The notes below the pieces were generated by a model. That model saw nothing but the letters and a program-made list of their open reading frames with translations, was not told the DNA's origin and searched no databases. Of a stretch of 64,000 nt of DNA, positions 1 through 9,499 are shown one piece after another (position 1 is the stretch's first letter; the number at the start of each line of letters is the position of its first letter). Source of the stretch: Verrucomicrobia bacterium SCGC AAA164-E04 (GTDB lineage: Bacteria; Verrucomicrobiota; Verrucomicrobiia; Limisphaerales; AAA164-E04); assembly GCA_000383715.1 (NCBI GenBank), contig KB912023.1, forward strand, positions 42,381 to 106,380. The letters run 5' to 3'. Made by a program: the position numbers and the translations under genes.

Positions 1-1452
1 CTCAAGGGAGTGGACCTTCACCTCAAAGCAGGAGAAATACTGGCTGTCATCGGTGAAAACGGTGCAGGTAAAAGCACACTCATGAAAATCCTGGCAGGGG
101 TTCAGGAGTACGATGAAGGTGAGGTTCTGGTGGATGGATTGACGGTTCGATTCAAGGGAGTAGAGGATGCCTTTGACAAGGGAATCGCTCTGATCCACCA
201 AGAATTAAACCTTGCCGACAACCTTGATGTCGCTGCCAATATTTTTCTTGGACGTGAACCTCGCAAGGCAGGACTTCTCGACAAAGCCCGGATGCGCAGG
301 GAGTCCTCGAGTTTTCTTGACCGAGTTGGTTTAAAGGTCAGCCCTGATCAGATTGTCAGTGATTTGACCATTGGACATCAACAGATGATCGAGATCGCAA
401 AGGCTTTGTCCGTGGACGCGCGCGTGTTGATCATGGATGAACCTACATCCAGCTTGAGCCAGCACGAAACCGAGCAACTTTTCAAAGTCATCAAAGACCT
501 TGCCTCGAAAAATGTGGCTATCGTCTACATTTCTCATCGTTTGAGTGAAGTGCGGGAGCTGGCGGACCGGGTCACCGTTCTCCGGGATGGAGACAACGCA
601 GGTGAATTGTTCCGTCAAGAAACGACCCACGATAACATGGTCAGACTGATGGTGGGGCGCGATATTTCTAAATATTACGCGCTTGAGCCGAGGTCTCACG
701 GGGCCGTGGCCCTTAAAGTTGACAAGGTGCGCACGATTCAGAATCCAAAGCACGCACTGAGCTTCGAGATTAAATCAGGCGAGATTGTAGGAGTGGCGGG
801 TTTGGTTGGTGCCGGGCGTACTGAGATGCTGCAGACCTTGTTTGGTGTGATGCCTGCGCTTGATGGATCGATGGAAGTTCAAGGCCACTCGGTGGTCATT
901 CGTTCGCCCATTCAGGCCATTCAAAATGGTTTGGCTTTGGTGCCTGAAGATCGCAAGCAACAGGGCCTCGTGCTCGAAATGGCAGTCAGAGAAAACATGA
1001 GCCTGGCCAGTCTTGGCAGGGATCAGAATAAAGGCTTTCTGAATCACAGACGTGAACAGGACATCAGCAGGGAAATGGTCGCTGAGATGAAAATCAAAAC
1101 GCCTTCTGATCTTCAGGAAGTCCAATATTTGTCTGGCGGCAATCAACAAAAGGTGGTTCTGGGCAAATGGCTCGCCATGAAACCAAGGGTGCTTTTTCTG
1201 GATGAACCCACTCGAGGCATCGATGTGGGAGCCAAACAGGATATTTACAAACTGATGGAAAAGCTGGCTGAAGAAGGTGTTGCTATTTTATTTGTGTCTA
1301 GTGAAATGGAGGAAATTATCGGTATGTCAGACAGAGCGATCGTCATGCATGAGGGAAAACTGACGGGAACATTAATGCGCGATGAATTGACAGAAGAGTC
1401 GGTGATGCAACTCGCTACCGGCACCCAAGCCAAGCCAATTTCGAACAACTGA
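1..1452 (+). CDS. Sugar-type (RbsA/MglA/XylG-like) ABC transporter ATP-binding protein with two fused NBDs; 5' end lies outside the window
   Basis: The frame is open to base 1. NBD1 has Walker [10 protein letters not shown], signature-like [15 protein letters not shown] and Walker [14 protein letters not shown]2 has LSGGNQQKV and [11 protein letters not shown]. Confidence 0.9.
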   Translation, partial: LKGVDLHLKAGEILAVIGENGAGKSTLMKILAGVQEYDEGEVLVDGLTVRFKGVEDAFDKGIALIHQELNLADNLDVAANIFLGREPRKAGLLDKARMRRESSSFLDRVGLKVSPDQIVSDLTIGHQQMIEIAKALSVDARVLIMDEPTSSLSQHETEQLFKVIKDLASKNVAIVYISHRLSEVRELADRVTVLRDGDNAGELFRQETTHDNMVRLMVGRDISKYYALEPRSHGAVALKVDKVRTIQNPKHALSFEIKSGEIVGVAGLVGAGRTEMLQTLFGVMPALDGSMEVQGHSVVIRSPIQAIQNGLALVPEDRKQQGLVLEMAVRENMSLASLGRDQNKGFLNHRREQDISREMVAEMKIKTPSDLQEVQYLSGGNQQKVVLGKWLAMKPRVLFLDEPTRGIDVGAKQDIYKLMEKLAEEGVAILFVSSEMEEIIGMSDRAIVMHEGKLTGTLMRDELTEESVMQLATGTQAKPISNN

Positions 1453-1466
1453 ACGGTATTAGCTCG

Positions 1467-2456
1467 ATGAAAAAGATTTATGGAATTTTAGGGGTTTTTA
1501 CGGTGGTTTTCATATTGACCGCGATAATGAGTCCGAGTTTCTTGACGCCTTACAACATGGAGCGCTTGATCCTGCGCACATCCCTGTTTGGTATCATTAG
1601 CATCGGCGTCGCATTCGTTATCATCACCAGTGGGATAGATCTCTCCATTGGCTCCATTATCTGCTTGATTGGGTGTGGCCTTCCCTGGCTGCTGGTTAAA
1701 ATGACAGTGCCACTTCCGCTGGCCATTTTAATTGTAGTCACCTTGAGTCTTCTGATTGGCCTTGTTCATGGAGTGTTGATTACCAAATTAAAACTTCAAC
1801 CGTTTGTGGTTACACTTTGTGGCCTCTTGATGTACCGAGGAATCACGCGCGGATTCACCGGAGATCAAACGCAGGGTTTTGGTAAATTTTTCAGTGAACT
1901 TCGCTGGATAGGGGTTGGCAAGGTTGCTGTTCCTGGGGTTCCGATTGACACGTTCGGGATTCCTGTTCCTTTCTTCCTCTTGTTGATGGTTGCCATTCTC
2001 GCCTCTATTTTCCTGAATCGCACCATTTACGGCAGATACCTTCTTGCGCTTGGGTGTAACGAGCAGGCTGCGCGCTACAGCGGGATCAATACCGACCGCA
2101 TGATCATTCTTGCCTACATCATTTGTGCTGCCATGGCTGGGTTGGGAGGTGTTCTTTTTATTCTGGATGGAAATTCTGCCCAGCCGGTAGTCCTTGGGAA
2201 TTTTTATGAACTGTATGCCATCGCTGCGGCTGTTTTGGGGGGGTGCAGTTTGCGAGGGGGACAGGGGACCATCATTGGTGTAGTGATCGGTACTGCCTTG
2301 ATGCAGGTATTGCGCAATATGATCACCTTGGTGGACTGGATACCCACGCACATTGAGTACGCAGTGATTGGAGCCGTTATCCTAGCAGGTGTGGTTGCTG
2401 ATGAGGTTGTGAAACGTATTTCTGCTTCACGAAGAGCGGCGGCCAGTCGATTGTAG
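1467..2456 (+). CDS. Sugar ABC transporter permease (RbsC/BPD_transp_2 type)
   Basis: 329 aa, multi-pass hydrophobic protein starting 14 bp after the ATPase stop. The C-terminal block AIAAAVLGGCSLRGGQGTIIGVVIG is typical of ribose/xylose-type permeases. Confidence 0.9.
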   Translation: MKKIYGILGVFTVVFILTAIMSPSFLTPYNMERLILRTSLFGIISIGVAFVIITSGIDLSIGSIICLIGCGLPWLLVKMTVPLPLAILIVVTLSLLIGLVHGVLITKLKLQPFVVTLCGLLMYRGITRGFTGDQTQGFGKFFSELRWIGVGKVAVPGVPIDTFGIPVPFFLLLMVAILASIFLNRTIYGRYLLALGCNEQAARYSGINTDRMIILAYIICAAMAGLGGVLFILDGNSAQPVVLGNFYELYAIAAAVLGGCSLRGGQGTIIGVVIGTALMQVLRNMITLVDWIPTHIEYAVIGAVILAGVVADEVVKRISASRRAAASRL

Positions 2457-3362
2457 GTGAATTCAATACTCTCCGGAAGACGATCGCTTTTGCGCGTGAT
2501 TGTATGAGTTGTTGTCCTTTTTTTAATCCAGCCGAAGAGAGTCTCCTCATTTGCATTTCATGGTAGCATTGAAATCATAAACGGTGATTGCTTCGACCGT
2601 CGATTTGAAACCAAGCACATCACTCAGCCTAAAGCTGTGACCTTTTCTTACGCTTGATCTGGTGAGAAAACTGGTGAAAATTTCAGGGTTGTCGTCACAC
2701 CGGGTCCCTCTTTCTTGCAGTCCAGGTATGTTTCCGAATTCGTAGAATCACCTGCACCCAAGGGATCTCCTGCTATCTGTTCCTGAATAAATTGATTTTG
2801 AGGAATGATCTCGTTGAATACCCCCTGACGACATAATCACGCTGGGGCCAGGCAACCTTACGGTTCGATTCGCTTTATCCGATGACGTTGAGCTAATGCT
2901 GCGCCCAGCGCTCACCCAATCGTGGGGAGTCGATAAGCTGATCACCCACGCCTTCATATGCAGATTCTGCATTCGAGGTATGAGCATCCTTAAATCCCTC
3001 AATCTCTCTAGGTGGGCGGGATTCTTCAGGAAGTCATGCGCTCATTGGGGTCTCTGGATTAAATTAAGTCTAACAAATAACTCTTCAACGGGTTACCCGG
3101 AGAGATGCTTGATATACCTGAACTTCCACCCTTCATCAAGACAGCTCGACGATCGATTCGGAGGTCCGATTTCTGTTTGTTTGGTCCGTGGTATTCGAGG
3201 CAAAGTGCATCAAAATCGGGTTGGATACCCCTCGCTGATTCGATAGCCGTAAGGTTGACATTGGATACCACTGCACTTGATAAAAGACAGGCCGGCCATC
3301 TCCAAACCCGCACGGGCCTTTAGAGGCTAAAGTGAAAGTCAAATACGTCACTTAACGTTGAA

Positions 3363-4337
3363 TTGTGCTTGTTTATGCTTCTTCTGCTCATAATTATTTC
3401 CATTGCGAAGCATTATTGGCAACAAGCAATATTGCAATCAGCCAATGACCGAGTATGCTTGATTAAACAAAAATTGATTATTAGCGCAGTGGAGACTTCA
3501 GACACAAAAAAAATCGAGGCAGGTAAAAAGATAAGCAAATCAGGAGCCCTCGTTGATACACAGAACCAAAAAGACGAGCGGTGCATACCTATCGATAAGG
3601 TAGGGGTTCGAGGATTGCGATTCCCTGTTCAGGTGCGCGATCGAGCCCGCCATCACCAGGATACCATCGCCTCAGTGGGCATGTATGTGGACTTGCCACA
3701 TGAATTTAAAGGCACTCACATGAGTCGATTTGTAGAGGTGCTCAGTTCGCATGGAAATCTCGTCCACGTGGAGATCATACCCCAGATATTACAGGAAATG
3801 CAGTCCAAATTGCATGCCAAAAATGCTCATCTGGAAATGGAATTCCCTTATTTTCTTGAGAAAGCCGCACCCGTCACTCGAAAGAAAAGCCTGATGGATT
3901 ACACGGTTTCGTTTGATGCATCAGCGGACGGGGATGATTTGGATTTCGTCTTGAAAGTAGTGGTTCCAGTCACAACACTATGCCCGTGTTCCAAGGCTAT
4001 CAGCCGGTACGGCGCGCACAATCAGCGTGGTGAGGTAACCGTGGCAGTTCGATTTAATGACATTGTCTGGATCGAGGATCTCATTGAACAGGTGGAATCT
4101 TCGGCCAGTAGTGAGCTATATGCTCTGCTCAAAAGGCCCGATGAAAAAGCTGTTACTGAAGCTGCCTACGAGAACCCTGTTTTTGTCGAAGACCTGGTGC
4201 GCAATGTCGTGATGCGCCTCAAAGCGATGCCTCAAGTGACATGGTATCGTGTGGAAGCGGAAAATTTTGAAAGCATTCACAATCACAATGCATATGCCAG
4301 CATCGAAGCTCATTCGGATTCTATGGATTTTGTATAG
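3363..4337 (+). CDS. folE2: GTP cyclohydrolase I type 2 (FolE2/MptA family); start codon uncertain, probably downstream of 3363
   Basis: Family motifs IPIDKVGVRGLRFPV, HEFKGTHMSRFVE, VPVTTLCPCSKAISRYGAHNQRGEVTV and ENFESIHNHNAYA. The first ~40 codons (TTG start, hydrophobic MCLFMLLLLIIIS...) have no counterpart in the family. ATG 3375 or GTG 3489 are alternative starts. Confidence 0.85.
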   Translation: MCLFMLLLLIIISIAKHYWQQAILQSANDRVCLIKQKLIISAVETSDTKKIEAGKKISKSGALVDTQNQKDERCIPIDKVGVRGLRFPVQVRDRARHHQDTIASVGMYVDLPHEFKGTHMSRFVEVLSSHGNLVHVEIIPQILQEMQSKLHAKNAHLEMEFPYFLEKAAPVTRKKSLMDYTVSFDASADGDDLDFVLKVVVPVTTLCPCSKAISRYGAHNQRGEVTVAVRFNDIVWIEDLIEQVESSASSELYALLKRPDEKAVTEAAYENPVFVEDLVRNVVMRLKAMPQVTWYRVEAENFESIHNHNAYASIEAHSDSMDFV

Positions 4338-4344
4338 GCCACGA

Positions 4345-5502
4345 CTACCGAACCCTAAAATTGCGATCCGTGGATTTTGAATGGATGCGTCGCTGAACAT
4401 CATCAAAAACATCGACTTCAAAGGACTTACCGATGTTGTTTCCAGCTAAATCTTCAAGTATCATTTGTACACGAGCGGTGTAGTCGCCTTTCTTCCAATG
4501 GCTATCAGGTTTGAAATGCCATTCAGTTTCGTTTGCTTCAAGTTGTTTTGATCCATGAATCCAATCCCCCTCCGATGAGAAAATCTCTATCAGTCGTTGA
4601 GCAAGTGCAAAGTCCAGTGATTCTCCAAACTTGATCACCAATGCATCACGGCTGTCTGGTTTTGGTGCGATGATTTCCCACCTGATTGGATCAATTGCTT
4701 TTCTATCTGGCTGTATTACATGAAAACTTTTTGCCATTGCGCGCTTAAGCTGTATTCCGGATGCATCTTTCCAATCCTCATCGATTACCAGTCGGAATCG
4801 TTCTCCATTGACTAACGAAGGCCCTATTTCCTCCAGTGGCTTAACGCCGCGCTTGATGCGTCCCGGATCAATGAAAAGAGTCAACCTCATCATCGCGTCG
4901 TCCCACAATTCCTCTTCAAGTTCAAGAAAGGGAAGCTCTACTTCCTGATCCAACTCGTTGTAAAGGTGGATATGGTCATAGACATATCCCCCGCTCATGG
5001 GATTCGAGAAAGTGAGATAGAATTTGAGTAAATTTTCAGGAAGGTAATCTGCGGTTGGGTAAATTTGCGTGATCTCAGTGTTCGGGGCTTTTTTTTCCTG
5101 CGTGGGAATCCATGTTGAATGGATCTTCCTTTCATATAGGTTATCAGACTCCGTATCAGATTCCGGGAGTTGAAATTCTGCACGATAAGTGACTCGGTTT
5201 GAAAAAGGAAACCTCGGGGTAAAAGTTATGGCTTCCCCGGACTGTTCACAGGAGCCAAGAACGGATGGAGGCTTCTCATTGGGCAGAAAGGCATCAGTGA
5301 CCACATAGACCTTCAGGCAGGATCTCCACCCTTTTGCGAAGGTGGAATCTGGATGCCTCAATCCATCAACGTCGCTTGCGATGACTTGAGTAGGGGCAGA
5401 TGCTCCCTCTGGTTGGATCCATTGGATTTCAGCAGCTGATAAAGTGTGAGTGCAGAATGCCGTCAGCAGGGTCACGAAGGGTTTGTAATGCTTTGCGTTC
5501 AT
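4345..5502 (-). CDS. Hypothetical secreted protein (no family recognised)
   Basis: Long ORF 4345..5562. The internal Met at 5502 begins a signal-peptide-like MNAKHYKPFVTLLTAFCTHTLSAAE. Coding-like composition; no motif recognised. Confidence 0.6.
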   Translation of the reverse strand: MNAKHYKPFVTLLTAFCTHTLSAAEIQWIQPEGASAPTQVIASDVDGLRHPDSTFAKGWRSCLKVYVVTDAFLPNEKPPSVLGSCEQSGEAITFTPRFPFSNRVTYRAEFQLPESDTESDNLYERKIHSTWIPTQEKKAPNTEITQIYPTADYLPENLLKFYLTFSNPMSGGYVYDHIHLYNELDQEVELPFLELEEELWDDAMMRLTLFIDPGRIKRGVKPLEEIGPSLVNGERFRLVIDEDWKDASGIQLKRAMAKSFHVIQPDRKAIDPIRWEIIAPKPDSRDALVIKFGESLDFALAQRLIEIFSSEGDWIHGSKQLEANETEWHFKPDSHWKKGDYTARVQMILEDLAGNNIGKSFEVDVFDDVQRRIHSKSTDRNFRVR

Positions 5503-5573
5503 GTCATCCAAAAAAACAACGGCGGCCCCGCACAAGGCCGCCGTTGACTGGAACCTCTCCAAAGCCCTATTTC

Positions 5574-6692
5574 TCAGGGGAGAGGGCGGGACATCAGGTC
5601 CAGAGACCCATTGTCCGCACGTACCAACAAAATGGCATGCTGATCATCGAGCTGGTCCAGTTGCTCGACGCCTTTCCAGGAATTGATTGTTTCATAAGGG
5701 AGACCCTCAGACCGTCCACCTTCAACCCGCTTTTCTATTTTGTCAAACGACTCAATACTGTGCGCGTTGATTTTCATGATGCCACGACTGCTATTAGCCA
5801 TGAGTAGAAAAACATTGCCCTCCTTGTTGTAAACAATCATGTCCAGTGGTCGATTTCGATTGCCTAATTCTGCGATTGTCTTACCAATAATTTGAGCACC
5901 GGGTTCTATTGATTTCAATGGGATTTGAACCAGAGGCGTGCAGGTGTAAGCGGCCAGTAAATGAGGTTCAGTTCCGATATTGATTGGAACAAAAGTCCTT
6001 ACAGGTGATTTGGTTTCAAACCTTCCGTGGGCGCCGTGATAAATTTCAACACTGGTGCCCTTCTCAACTGATTTGAAAGGGAAGGGGATCCCTCTCAATG
6101 TTGAAGCGAATTCCTCATTTGAAATCCCGGCTATCAAAACACGGTCATCGAGAAAAGCAATGTCCGTGATGGATTCCAGTCTCTTGTTGCTGCTCCTTCG
6201 CCCTTGCCCCATCAATTTGTCCTCCGGGGCATCAGGAAGGATTGCTGTCGAATTTTCTACATGATTGAAATCGAGCACGATCAATTTGTCGTTTTCTTCA
6301 ACCCTGACAATGACAGGGATGGCAGACGGTCCCCGTCCTCTGCTGAGGGAAAGGTAGGTGTGCTTGCTGATCGGATTGACCGCGATATCCCGGATCAGGA
6401 TCTCATCGGCTGTGGTCCCCAGCATGCCCGCAATCTTGGTGTTGATGGCCTTCAGCTTTACCGGAGATGCCTTTGACGCCTTCGTATCACCGGTTGAGAT
6501 TGCGTGAATGGATGCTGATTTTGCATCCGCAATGAAAAGGATGCCCTCAGGTCCAAAAGCAATGCTCCCAGCTGAACGAAGTGCTGGTTTACCCTTAGTC
6601 ATCCCGTCCCTCCATGAGGAGCCTGTCATTTCACTGGAAGCCAAGCCCATGAGGAGGCCAAGTAAAGGTAATAATACTTTTTGTTTATTCAT
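5574..6692 (-). CDS. Hypothetical secreted protein, possibly beta-propeller-like
   Basis: 372 aa with an N-terminal signal peptide MNKQKVLLPLLGLLMGLASS. Repeated beta-strand-rich segments (GILFIAD, VLIAGIS, VFLLMANS). No catalytic motif recognised. Confidence 0.6.
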   Translation of the reverse strand: MNKQKVLLPLLGLLMGLASSEMTGSSWRDGMTKGKPALRSAGSIAFGPEGILFIADAKSASIHAISTGDTKASKASPVKLKAINTKIAGMLGTTADEILIRDIAVNPISKHTYLSLSRGRGPSAIPVIVRVEENDKLIVLDFNHVENSTAILPDAPEDKLMGQGRRSSNKRLESITDIAFLDDRVLIAGISNEEFASTLRGIPFPFKSVEKGTSVEIYHGAHGRFETKSPVRTFVPINIGTEPHLLAAYTCTPLVQIPLKSIEPGAQIIGKTIAELGNRNRPLDMIVYNKEGNVFLLMANSSRGIMKINAHSIESFDKIEKRVEGGRSEGLPYETINSWKGVEQLDQLDDQHAILLVRADNGSLDLMSRPLP

Positions 6693-6743
6693 GACCTTGC
6701 GACTGTGATTGGTAATGATCGTCTGGCGCTATGGTGAGTCATC

Positions 6744-6780
6744 CAAAAAAAGCGGACCGAAGTCGTGTTTTTCTGTCCGC
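6744..6780 (-). terminator. Candidate rho-independent terminator of the 6823..7695 gene
   Basis: The 7-bp stem AGCGGAC(6750-6756)/GTCCGCT(6774-6780) has a long loop. On the minus strand it is followed by a T7 run (plus-strand A-run 6744-6750). It lies 43 bp downstream of the stop. Confidence 0.45.
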
Positions 6781-6822
6781 TTTTGAGATTATGAAATGTT
6801 TATTCCGAAATTCACATTAGGA

Positions 6823-7695
6823 TTATCGAGCGTTTGGAAGCGGTTCATAATTCGAGTATTTATATCGTGTATGAACCCATACAAAATCAGGATTGTCGGC
6901 ATTGCCACCATTCCAGAAAAAACTGTTCTCTCCATTTGAAGAGTTTGTGGCTGCTCTTACAGTGGCTGGGTCTCTCCATGAACGAGTTTCGGAATGACCA
7001 TCGGCAAATCCGATACTACTGTTGTTGCCATGAAAGATAGCGAAGGGATCTACCCATCCAAGTGAAGGTTGCACATTAATCACCCATGTGCCTCGATTAA
7101 AGTCGCGAGGGTCTGCTTCTTCGATGAACACCATCGCTTGGGTGGGTTGGTAAACAGAAGTCATCTTTTTGTAAGGCTTTTGTATGCCTCCTTGCCATCC
7201 ACTCCCGTTCATACCATTTGCTTTCGAATAACTGTCCCATGCCCACCCACTTCCGGGCTTGTTGCGTTTCGTTCTGATATCACCCGGGCAATGATAAGAT
7301 CCTGGCGCTGGCACGTAATTAAACAGAGGGCCATTTCGAACACCATCTTCAACCCGTTCCTGGGCTTCAGTTTTGTTCATATTGCCTGAAATACCCGTAA
7401 AAGTGAAACCTCCGTTCGCACTCAGTCGTCCAGGGCCAGGCCAGAACCCACCAGCAGGATTACCATCGGTTGAAAGCATATTGTCTTCGTTGTCATCTGC
7501 ATACATGATGAATCCAAGACCAAGCTGTTTCTGATTATTGAGACAATTTGCTCCAAGGGCCTTCAGTTTAGCCTTGCTTAACGCGGGCAAAAGCATGCCT
7601 GCCAGAATGGCAATAATGGCAATAACGACGAGTAGCTCAATCAGGGTAAATCCAGATCTACTCCTTCTGTTTGAATGGTGTGTGTTTAATTTCAT
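6823..7695 (-). CDS. Prepilin-type N-terminal cleavage/methylation domain protein, DUF1559 (H-X9-DG) family
   Basis: N-terminus [30 protein letters not shown] and C-terminal [15 protein letters not shown] (H-X9-DG). Confidence 0.85.
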   Translation of the reverse strand: MKLNTHHSNRRSRSGFTLIELLVVIAIIAILAGMLLPALSKAKLKALGANCLNNQKQLGLGFIMYADDNEDNMLSTDGNPAGGFWPGPGRLSANGGFTFTGISGNMNKTEAQERVEDGVRNGPLFNYVPAPGSYHCPGDIRTKRNKPGSGWAWDSYSKANGMNGSGWQGGIQKPYKKMTSVYQPTQAMVFIEEADPRDFNRGTWVINVQPSLGWVDPFAIFHGNNSSIGFADGHSETRSWRDPATVRAATNSSNGENSFFWNGGNADNPDFVWVHTRYKYSNYEPLPNAR

Positions 7696-7797
7696 CTGTT
7701 AAAAGCGGTGCCTAAATTCTCAAATAAATAAATTACCATTTTTTGCAAGTTTGTGAAGTAAAAAATTTGAGCGATAACGTTAAAGCTTATCTATTGA

Positions 7798-9339
7798 TTA
7801 TGGCCTGCTGCGCTTGTTTTCTTTGATTTGTGATAATAGCCGCTCCATTTCTTGAGCCTTTTCAGGATATGCATTGGACAATTCACGTTTTTCCCCCAAA
7901 TCATCACCTAGATAATAGAGTAAGCCTTTGGGGTCGTTTCCTAATTCCGTATTGGTGTTTTTATTGATTCTGGCACCCTTTGCTGGGCTGATCCACTTCC
8001 AATCACCAACCCTCAGGGATAGGGTTCTTGCCTGCTCAACGAGATGGTCACGTCCGCTTTTACTATTTCCCAGCAGTGCATCCATTACATTAAAACTGTC
8101 TGGTATGGCATCATGCGGGACCTCAACATTGGCGAGATGCGCAAAGCTGGAAGGTAAATCGACCTGCGATACCAATGCACTGCTCTTGCCTGGTTTTATT
8201 TTTCCCGGCCAACGCATGATCCACGGCACACGAGTGCCTGCCTCAAAGGCACTGTATTTCCCGCCACGCAGAGGGCCGGCCGGATTATGTTTGCCGAGTT
8301 TCTCAACAGCGTCATCTTGATATCCATCATCAATGACAGGGCCGTTATCACTTGTGAAAAGAATGAGCGTGGAATCAGCGATATTCAGATCATCCAGTTT
8401 TTCCATGATTTCGCCTACGCACCAATCTGTTTGGACGATTGCGTCACCTCTTGGCCCCATCGCTGTTTTGCCGACAAAGCGTGGATGGGGTACCCGCGGA
8501 ACATGGATGTCGTGAAGTGAGAAAAAGAGAAAGAAAGGTTCTGCCGCGTTTCTGTCTATGAATTTCAATGCCTTGGATGTGATATCATCGGCCATATCCT
8601 CATCTTTCCAATGAGCTGTTTTACCACCCGTCATATATCCTATGCGGCTGATTCCATTGATGATGGTTCGATCGTGGCCATGGCTTGGGTGCATTTTCAG
8701 CAATTCCGGATGCTCTTTTCCAATGGGTTCGCTGCCGACACGCTTCTTGAAATTGACCTGAATCGGATCTTTTGGATCCAAATTGACCACATGATGGTTT
8801 TCGACGTAAACGCATGGCACCCGATCGCCTGTGGCGGGAATCAGGAAGGCATAGTCAAAACCGATCTCCAATGGACCGGGTTTTATTCGTGCATTCCAAT
8901 TGGGTCCACCATTGGGGCCCAGCCCCAGGTGCCACTTGCCAACTACACCCGTTTGATATCCTGATTTTTTCATGAGATCAGGCATGGTCATTGTTTCCGG
9001 ATCAATGATCAGTGCGGCATCACCTCGCGCAATACCCGTGCCTTTTTGGCGCCATGCGTATTGACCTGTCAGCATGGCAAATCTCGACGGAGTGCAGGTT
9101 GCAGCTGGTGCATGTCCATCTGTGAACAGCAAGCCCTCATTGGCAAGGCGGTCGATGTTGGGTGTTTTCACCTGAGTGGCTCCGTAGCAGCCCACATCCG
9201 CATACCCAAGGTCATCTGCATAAATGATGATGATATTAGGTTTGCTTTGAACAGGCTGTGCTTGAGCAAGGCTTACCCAAAAAAATACGACAATCAGCAG
9301 CAGCACGATAGATTTGAGGATTCTGGATTGGGATTTCAT
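7798..9339 (-). CDS. Arylsulfatase (Cys-type, formylglycine-dependent)
   Basis: PNIIIIYADDLGYADVGCYG, followed by the sulfatase signature CTPSRFAMLTGQY and GKWHLG. The ORF extends to 9435, but Met at 9339 starts the signal peptide MKSQSRILKSIVLLLIVVFFWVSLAQA. Confidence 0.9.
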   Translation of the reverse strand: MKSQSRILKSIVLLLIVVFFWVSLAQAQPVQSKPNIIIIYADDLGYADVGCYGATQVKTPNIDRLANEGLLFTDGHAPAATCTPSRFAMLTGQYAWRQKGTGIARGDAALIIDPETMTMPDLMKKSGYQTGVVGKWHLGLGPNGGPNWNARIKPGPLEIGFDYAFLIPATGDRVPCVYVENHHVVNLDPKDPIQVNFKKRVGSEPIGKEHPELLKMHPSHGHDRTIINGISRIGYMTGGKTAHWKDEDMADDITSKALKFIDRNAAEPFFLFFSLHDIHVPRVPHPRFVGKTAMGPRGDAIVQTDWCVGEIMEKLDDLNIADSTLILFTSDNGPVIDDGYQDDAVEKLGKHNPAGPLRGGKYSAFEAGTRVPWIMRWPGKIKPGKSSALVSQVDLPSSFAHLANVEVPHDAIPDSFNVMDALLGNSKSGRDHLVEQARTLSLRVGDWKWISPAKGARINKNTNTELGNDPKGLLYYLGDDLGEKRELSNAYPEKAQEMERLLSQIKENKRSRP

Positions 9340-9499
9340 TTGTGAATTCGACACGCAATGGGACATAGAATGTTTTTCCGGAATTCCAGAGAAATATACA
9401 AGCCAATTGAGTGTAGATTCCAACCCTTGGATCATACGGAACCATTTTCAACTATTCGTTTTCAAATGTTCCTGATAGTGCTAGTTTCAACTTATCGAA

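Noticed and set aside
2855-2880. tRNA T-arm-like string GGTTCGATTCG
   Set aside because: Flanking sequence does not form acceptor, D or anticodon stems and there is no complementary T-stem. It is not a tRNA.
3375-3425. Imperfect inverted repeat AATTATTTCC...ATTATT as a possible Zur box upstream of the conserved part of folE2
   Set aside because: Only 4 of 6 arm positions pair and there is no match to a defined Zur consensus. FolE2 zinc regulation is plausible biologically but is not supported by this sequence.
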